A stretch of DNA of 23,356 bases from an uncultured virus (IMG/VR IMGVR_UViG_3300037296_000405) (lineage: Duplodnaviria; Heunggongvirae; Uroviricota; Caudoviricetes): the IMG/VR virus record IMGVR_UViG_3300037296_000405; one strand, given 5' to 3'. Shown here piece after piece: positions 18,963 to 23,356 of the stretch; position 1 is the stretch's first letter, and every line of letters starts with the position of its first letter. The translations under genes were made by a program, and so were the position numbers. The notes beneath the pieces are model-generated. The model worked only from the letters and a program-made list of their open reading frames with translations. It was not told the DNA's origin and did not search any database.

Positions 18963-19778
18963 ATGAACAACGGATATGTTAAAGAAGACCTTTTAGTGAA
19001 AGGGTTGTTTAAGAATAAAGAAAAATTTTCGAATCTAGAAAATGCAATAGAAAAAACATTACTAAAAAAATCGATAGTCTTAGATAAAGACAACTTAAAT
19101 ATTATTCCTGTAATATCTCAAGACAATAAAAAAGATAACCATACATGGGACTGTATCATTAAATATAATAATGAATCAGTCGGTATATCAATCAAAAGTA
19201 ATTACACAAAAGCAACAAAACATCCTCAACACAAATCACTCATCAAGCATGTTTTTTCAGATGGAGATAAATTAAATCAGTGGATGGATGAGTTTGTTAA
19301 TATAGAAAAAGAAGTAAAAAAGTTTTTATTGAAAGAAAATCCAGAAGCAAAGTTCCTCAAGGATGTTCGAAAGGATGTGAATAATAAAACAATAAAAAGA
19401 ATAGATGTTGAGTTAAGTAAGATTTATCAAAACTTTTTTTATAGAATGTTTAACTCTGGTTTGTCGGATACTGAGCTAAAGAGTTTTTTAATATTTTCTT
19501 TCTCATCTAAACCTTACTTAAAGATTACATGGAATAATAAAGACACTTTTATTTTAGAGGATTTTATGAATTTGGATAGATTGGTTAATCTGAAATTAGA
19601 TAAAGTAGAGATGAATGGTTTAATGAATAATGTAGATTTATTTTTTGAAAATGGTTTAGTTCTATCTTTAAGGTTTAAAATATCTTTTTATAAAAAACAC
19701 TTAACTGGTTCTTCTGTAAAAGGAGAGATTAATATAAAATCACTACCGAAATTTATAAGTAAAGAAGTAATTAAGTAA
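18963..19778 (+). CDS. HaeIII-family-like PD-(D/E)xK restriction endonuclease
   Basis: SQD...WDCII...VGISIKSNYTKATKHP and FENGLVLSLRF...SSVKGEINI resemble HaeIII-family motifs as I recall them (GxSxKxNxxAxKH; FxNGxxxSFR...SLKxDI). Confidence 0.6.
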   Translation: MNNGYVKEDLLVKGLFKNKEKFSNLENAIEKTLLKKSIVLDKDNLNIIPVISQDNKKDNHTWDCIIKYNNESVGISIKSNYTKATKHPQHKSLIKHVFSDGDKLNQWMDEFVNIEKEVKKFLLKENPEAKFLKDVRKDVNNKTIKRIDVELSKIYQNFFYRMFNSGLSDTELKSFLIFSFSSKPYLKITWNNKDTFILEDFMNLDRLVNLKLDKVEMNGLMNNVDLFFENGLVLSLRFKISFYKKHLTGSSVKGEINIKSLPKFISKEVIK

Positions 19779-19783
19779 AAAAA

Positions 19784-20581
19784 TTAAGACAATTGTTTTT
19801 TACACGTAGTAGATTTTTTAATTAAATCAATTCTTTTTTGAGCTTGGTCTCTAAAGTATTCATGAGAGTATTCTAATTTAATTTGTTCAAAAACTTTTTT
19901 AGCCTCTAGACACTTTGATTCTTTAAGTAAGATACTTCCTATATGAAATAAACTAGAAGCCATGTATTTGTCATTTTCTTTATGAAATTTTTCATAAATT
20001 TGACTAAAGTGAACAATAGCTTCTTCATTTTGATTAGTTCTATATTCAGAAAGGGCAATTCTATACAAAACAATTTGATATTCATCTTTACTTAGTAAAT
20101 TAGGTCTTTTAAGGAAATAAGAATACTCATTTATAGATTTTTGATATTCTTTATCTCCAAAGTAAGTAGTTGCTTTTTTTAATCTCGCTTTAGCTCCAAT
20201 ATTAATTGAAGATTTTCTAAAATTTTTATAATTTTTGTCTATGTTAATTATAAGGTCATTGTTATTCTCAACAGCATCAACAATTTTTTGATTTAATATT
20301 TTTTGAGTTTCTTGAAAGCTTTGTATTAGTTTTATTTGTTCTTGTAGAACTCTTATTGTACCTTTATTTTTTTCAGTAGCGTCAACAATCTTTTTATCAG
20401 AGAAGTGAGAGACCTCTTCAATTTTACCGTTTAATCTAGCTAACTCATTTTTAGATTCATTTAAGTCAGTTTGAAGCTCAGCAACAATTTTTCTAAGTTG
20501 CTTCTCACTCTTTGTACTTAAAGGAGCAATTGAACAAGAGGATAGTAAGATCATTAATAGTGTAAATTGTATATTTTTCAT
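19784..20581 (-). CDS. CpoB/YbgF-like lipoprotein (coiled coil plus TPRs)
   Basis: Lipobox LSSC; ELARLNGKIEEVSH coiled coil; three TPRs (YQKSINEY, LYRIALSEY, SSLFHIG...EAKKVFEQIKLEY). Confidence 0.75.
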   Translation of the reverse strand: MKNIQFTLLMILLSSCSIAPLSTKSEKQLRKIVAELQTDLNESKNELARLNGKIEEVSHFSDKKIVDATEKNKGTIRVLQEQIKLIQSFQETQKILNQKIVDAVENNNDLIINIDKNYKNFRKSSINIGAKARLKKATTYFGDKEYQKSINEYSYFLKRPNLLSKDEYQIVLYRIALSEYRTNQNEEAIVHFSQIYEKFHKENDKYMASSLFHIGSILLKESKCLEAKKVFEQIKLEYSHEYFRDQAQKRIDLIKKSTTCKKQLS

Positions 20582-20587
20582 AATTAC

Positions 20588-20616
20588 ATTATAAGTGTTA
20601 TTTATTTATAATGCAA
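20588..20616 (-). promoter_or_regulatory. Sigma70-type promoter, probably leaderless, of the YbgF-like gene
   Basis: TTGCAT-N17-TATAAT; ATG 6 nt downstream; no SD. Confidence 0.6.
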
Positions 20617-20689
20617 ATTTATGTGTAAATAATAACAAGATCCATTTATTAATAACGGTAAAAAAATCATCTTTTTCTAAGGAGTTTTT

Positions 20690-20893
20690 ATGACTAAATT
20701 AAGATTAACTATTTTGTGTCTGTTGGTAGGGCTTATGTTCGCGTATACAGCTTTGTATGCTATCATTCAATCATCTAGCAATGATTTAAGAGTTGTTTCT
20801 AGCTTGTTTAGTGCTTTTATGCTATATGGTCTTTATTACTCGTACAGTGGTGCTATTGAAGATATGAAAATTAAAGATAAACTTAATTCTTAA
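20690..20893 (+). CDS. Small 2-TM membrane protein
   Basis: SD TAAGGAG, two hydrophobic helices, downstream terminator. Confidence 0.75.
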   Translation: MTKLRLTILCLLVGLMFAYTALYAIIQSSSNDLRVVSSLFSAFMLYGLYYSYSGAIEDMKIKDKLNS

Positions 20894-20919
20894 GATTTAA
20901 TTTATTTAAGTTCCGTATT

Positions 20920-20948
20920 AGGGAGAGATTAGCTTCTCTCCCTTTTTT
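20920..20948 (+). terminator. Intrinsic terminator
   Basis: AGGGAGAGA-TTAGCT-TCTCTCCCT followed by a T-tract. Confidence 0.85.
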
Positions 20949-21104
20949 ATAATTTGTATAGTACATAAGAGGGTAATAACATAAAAAGTAGTTTTGAGCG
21001 TCTATTTTTTATATAATTAATTATATCATTTTTAGGGTTTAATATACAAAAGTCCATTTATTTAATAAGGCAATATTATTCACAAATTTACTAAGGAGAA
21101 TTTT

Positions 21105-21422
21105 ATGAAAACTTTTTTAATTGAGAACTGGTTTTTTATTGGATTTAATTTATTTTTGTTAATGAGTGTAGTTATTGTTTATTTAAGAAGTTGCATGACT
21201 TCAAAAAAAGAAGAAGAGTATGAGAAAGCGATTGATTTAAGATTTTCTAATGCATGTATTGTAGGTATGATGCAGTCTTATGGAATTTCAAGAGAGCAAG
21301 CTGAAATTAGATTTAGATGGCAGTCACCCTGCGATACTGTTTCTGATGCAGAAAAGGAATCTCATGAAAAGTACATGGCTCAAAAACACTTAGAAATGTG
21401 TAAAGATGAAGTAGCTCACTAA
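21105..21422 (+). CDS. Small protein with an N-terminal TM anchor
   Basis: SD TAAGGAG; hydrophobic residues about 9-27; downstream terminator. Confidence 0.75.
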   Translation: MKTFLIENWFFIGFNLFLLMSVVIVYLRSCMTSKKEEEYEKAIDLRFSNACIVGMMQSYGISREQAEIRFRWQSPCDTVSDAEKESHEKYMAQKHLEMCKDEVAH

Positions 21423-21452
21423 TATTCTATTATTTTTGTATGGACTGTAGTC

Positions 21453-21478
21453 AGAGGAGGGGAAACTCTCCTCTTTTT
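21453..21478 (+). terminator. Intrinsic terminator
   Basis: AGAGGAGGG-GAAA-CTCTCCTCT (GNRA loop) followed by TTTT. Confidence 0.85.
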
Positions 21479-21536
21479 CATTGGATCTAATTTCAATGAA
21501 TTAAAAGCAATCTTATTAATTAATTTAATAAAAAAG

Positions 21537-21565
21537 TTGACAACCTTATTCATTTTTGATAAACT
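21537..21565 (+). promoter_or_regulatory. Strong sigma70-type promoter of the tRNA-like gene
   Basis: TTGACA-N17-TAAACT with TGn and an A/T-rich upstream region. Confidence 0.7.
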
Positions 21566-21571
21566 ATTAAT

Positions 21572-21649
21572 GCCTAGATAGCTCAAAGGGAGCGGCGGAT
21601 TGAACCCCGTGCGTATGATAAGAGTTAACCGACTTATCTCTAGGCACCA
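21572..21649 (+). tRNA. Non-canonical tRNA-Phe(GAA)-like gene with encoded CCA
   Basis: Acceptor stem GCCTAGA/TCTAGGC plus ACCA; T8A9; D stem GCTC/GAGC; anticodon stem GCGG/CCGT around TTGAA; T-like stem GATAAG/CTTATC. All three loops are aberrant. Confidence 0.75.
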
Positions 21650-21689
21650 AATATCTACAACCAAATAAAATCCATATAAAATTAATTGT

Positions 21690-21718
21690 TTGACTAATAC
21701 CTATTAAAAGGTTACTAT
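21690..21718 (+). promoter_or_regulatory. Sigma70-type promoter
   Basis: TTGACT-N17-TACTAT upstream of SD AGGAG and ATG 21742. Confidence 0.6.
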
Positions 21719-21741
21719 TAATTATATATAATAGGAGAAAA

Positions 21742-22128
21742 ATGTTACAAATTACATTATTATCAATAGTCGTAATATACTTGGTATATTTTTTGTTTAA
21801 TGTTTTTATAAGAAAAAGAAGGGTCTATGATTTGACGTATAAAGCTCGTATTATCGATGTTTCTGTTGATACGGTTATAAGACAACACAGTCCTTACTGT
21901 ATGTTTTGTTATTATATAATTAAAGTAAAATTAAAATTAGACAATGGGAACACTGAGTTCGTATATGGAGAAGATTGTATATCTAAAGAAGATTTAATTA
22001 AGGATAGATTACATATTTTTAATAAAGACGAAGAAGTTATTTTTAGTTGTAAAGATATATACTTAATGTCATTAAAATCTAAGTATGTTTTTAGTGACAG
22101 ATACGAAAGAAATATAGAAAAAATTTAA
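21742..22128 (+). CDS. Membrane-anchored hypothetical protein with a beta-rich soluble domain
   Basis: N-terminal TM helix followed by RKRR; SD AGGAG. Confidence 0.72.
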   Translation: MLQITLLSIVVIYLVYFLFNVFIRKRRVYDLTYKARIIDVSVDTVIRQHSPYCMFCYYIIKVKLKLDNGNTEFVYGEDCISKEDLIKDRLHIFNKDEEVIFSCKDIYLMSLKSKYVFSDRYERNIEKI

Positions 22129-22140
22129 TAAAGGAAAGTT

Positions 22141-22884
22141 ATGTCAGAAGAGATAAAGAAATCAATAGAATCTACTGTATTAACTATTCTAGAAGAAAGT
22201 AAAAGAAGAATTTTGTTAAAGAGTAAAGACCTTATTGAAGATATGACTGCTAAGATAGACTTCAAAAAACCTTCATCTTTTTATTATGAATATCAATATG
22301 AAAGTAAGAATACTAAGGAATTAGCAATAGAAATAAAGGCTAAGGAATTAGGATATAATCCTTCAGGATATTTTTCTCACATTTATATGAATTATAGTGA
22401 TCTTGAGTTTTATCTATCTGAGATTTTTTCAAAGGAACTAGGGTACACTTGCTCAACAGACAAAGCTAAATATATTCTTTCAAAAATTCTAGATAAGCAT
22501 TTAACAGGAAAAAATATCTGTATTAGACGTAATTCTGTTATAACTGACCCATTTTCAAGAAGATTTAATGATTGGGAAAAGTTGATTTTGACAAACCCAA
22601 TAATAAATTCAATGAAAGTTGAAGAAAATGCGAGACATGTTTTATACTTATTAAAGAAAATTAGAAAAGCAAAAAGAAAACAAGAGTATTTTATTCATGA
22701 TTTTAAAAAATGGTTGCTATCTACAGATTATAGTAAAGTAGAATGTAAAATTAGAGAAGGTAAGTTTTTAACTTACGAGAAAATGTTTATGTCTAATCCC
22801 ATCAAGGCTTACGGTTGGATTTTGGTAAAGTCTCCTTATATCGTTAAAATATACAAGAAGACTATTTCTAAAAATCACTGTTAA
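22141..22884 (+). CDS. Hypothetical protein
   Basis: 247-aa ORF with SD AAAGGA; no motif recognised. Confidence 0.75.
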   Translation: MSEEIKKSIESTVLTILEESKRRILLKSKDLIEDMTAKIDFKKPSSFYYEYQYESKNTKELAIEIKAKELGYNPSGYFSHIYMNYSDLEFYLSEIFSKELGYTCSTDKAKYILSKILDKHLTGKNICIRRNSVITDPFSRRFNDWEKLILTNPIINSMKVEENARHVLYLLKKIRKAKRKQEYFIHDFKKWLLSTDYSKVECKIREGKFLTYEKMFMSNPIKAYGWILVKSPYIVKIYKKTISKNHC

Positions 22885-23356
22885 GTTTCTTTCTTAATGA
22901 CATAAGTAGAGTGCAAAATTCGTTTTCAGTTAGTACAGTTCTTGTTATATCATTTTTGCCTATTGAATGTCTAAGGTGTTTGTTTTTAGTATTTAATAAA
23001 GCTTTAAGTGCAACTGGATTATTTAAATAAAGAGTGTAGAAAGCTTCTTCTAGAAAATTTTGATACTCAACTGAATCTCTTTTTAATGCTTGTCCTTGAA
23101 AATAAAGCGTTTGAGTTTTATACCACTTAGACTTTTTTCCTTTAAATTTAGCTTCTTTCCCATGTGTTAGGAAAATAGCTTTCTGTTTGTCTCTATCTTC
23201 ATATTTGATTCCTTGAAGCAAACCTTCCATAGAGTGAATATCTTGTCCGTAAAATACAAAATTATAGTTATTAAAATTAGATAATTCTGGATTTTCTATT
23301 GTTCCAATATCAATTCCAAGTTTTAAGATATTTTTAATTTTATTCAGTAAGTTCAT
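22868..23356 (-). CDS. Phage-type NADAR domain protein (T4 gp30.3-like)
   Basis: LSNF...F..YG...SMEGLLQGIK...QKAIF...TLYFQG...R.S..Y...AL..TK...LRHS.G...TVLTENEFCTLLMSLR follows T4 gp30.3 along its length as I recall it. Start lies at the window edge. Confidence 0.8.
   Translation of the reverse strand: MNLLNKIKNILKLGIDIGTIENPELSNFNNYNFVFYGQDIHSMEGLLQGIKYEDRDKQKAIFLTHGKEAKFKGKKSKWYKTQTLYFQGQALKRDSVEYQNFLEEAFYTLYLNNPVALKALLNTKNKHLRHSIGKNDITRTVLTENEFCTLLMSLRKKLNSDF

Noticed and set aside
21572..21662. tmRNA or 6S RNA interpretation of the GC-rich patch (GGGAGC...GGCACC; minus-strand GGTTCAAT)
   Set aside because: Too short, no tag ORF or long 6S rod; the plus-strand cloverleaf ending in CCA explains all the pairing.
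21419..21664. 81-aa minus-strand ORF
   Set aside because: It spans a plus-strand terminator, promoter and the tRNA-like gene; a shadow ORF.
1..23356. Stop-codon reassignment (alternative genetic code)
   Set aside because: Conserved genes are full length in code 11, and TAA, TAG and TGA all terminate genes.
1..23356. CRISPR array, IS element, integrase or integron attC array
   Set aside because: No regularly spaced direct repeats, transposase or recombinase seen by eye; the hairpins at 20920 and 21453 are ordinary terminators.

Overview
Very AT-rich, gene-dense window that mixes large-phage-type genes with host-type genes. Phage-type: T4 rIIA-like GHKL ATPase, an rIIB-like protein fused to a PcfJ-like domain, a second PcfJ-domain protein, a PPP-family Ser/Thr phosphatase, an HD/Mesh1-like hydrolase, a T4 gp30.3-like NADAR protein and an orphan HaeIII-like endonuclease. 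Host-type: a complete thrABC operon, a CpoB/YbgF-like TPR lipoprotein, an MFS transporter, a GNAT and a Bfd-like ferredoxin. No structural, replication or integrase genes are visible, so I cannot tell a jumbo phage or large mobile element from a bacterial accessory region. Most genes have their own near-consensus sigma70 promoter, and several look leaderless. Most unusual items: a non-canonical tRNA-Phe-like RNA (21572-21649) with its own promoter placed to start at the mature 5' end, the rIIA + rIIB-PcfJ module, and thrABC in a phage-like context. All family calls come from motif recognition by eye, not from searches.
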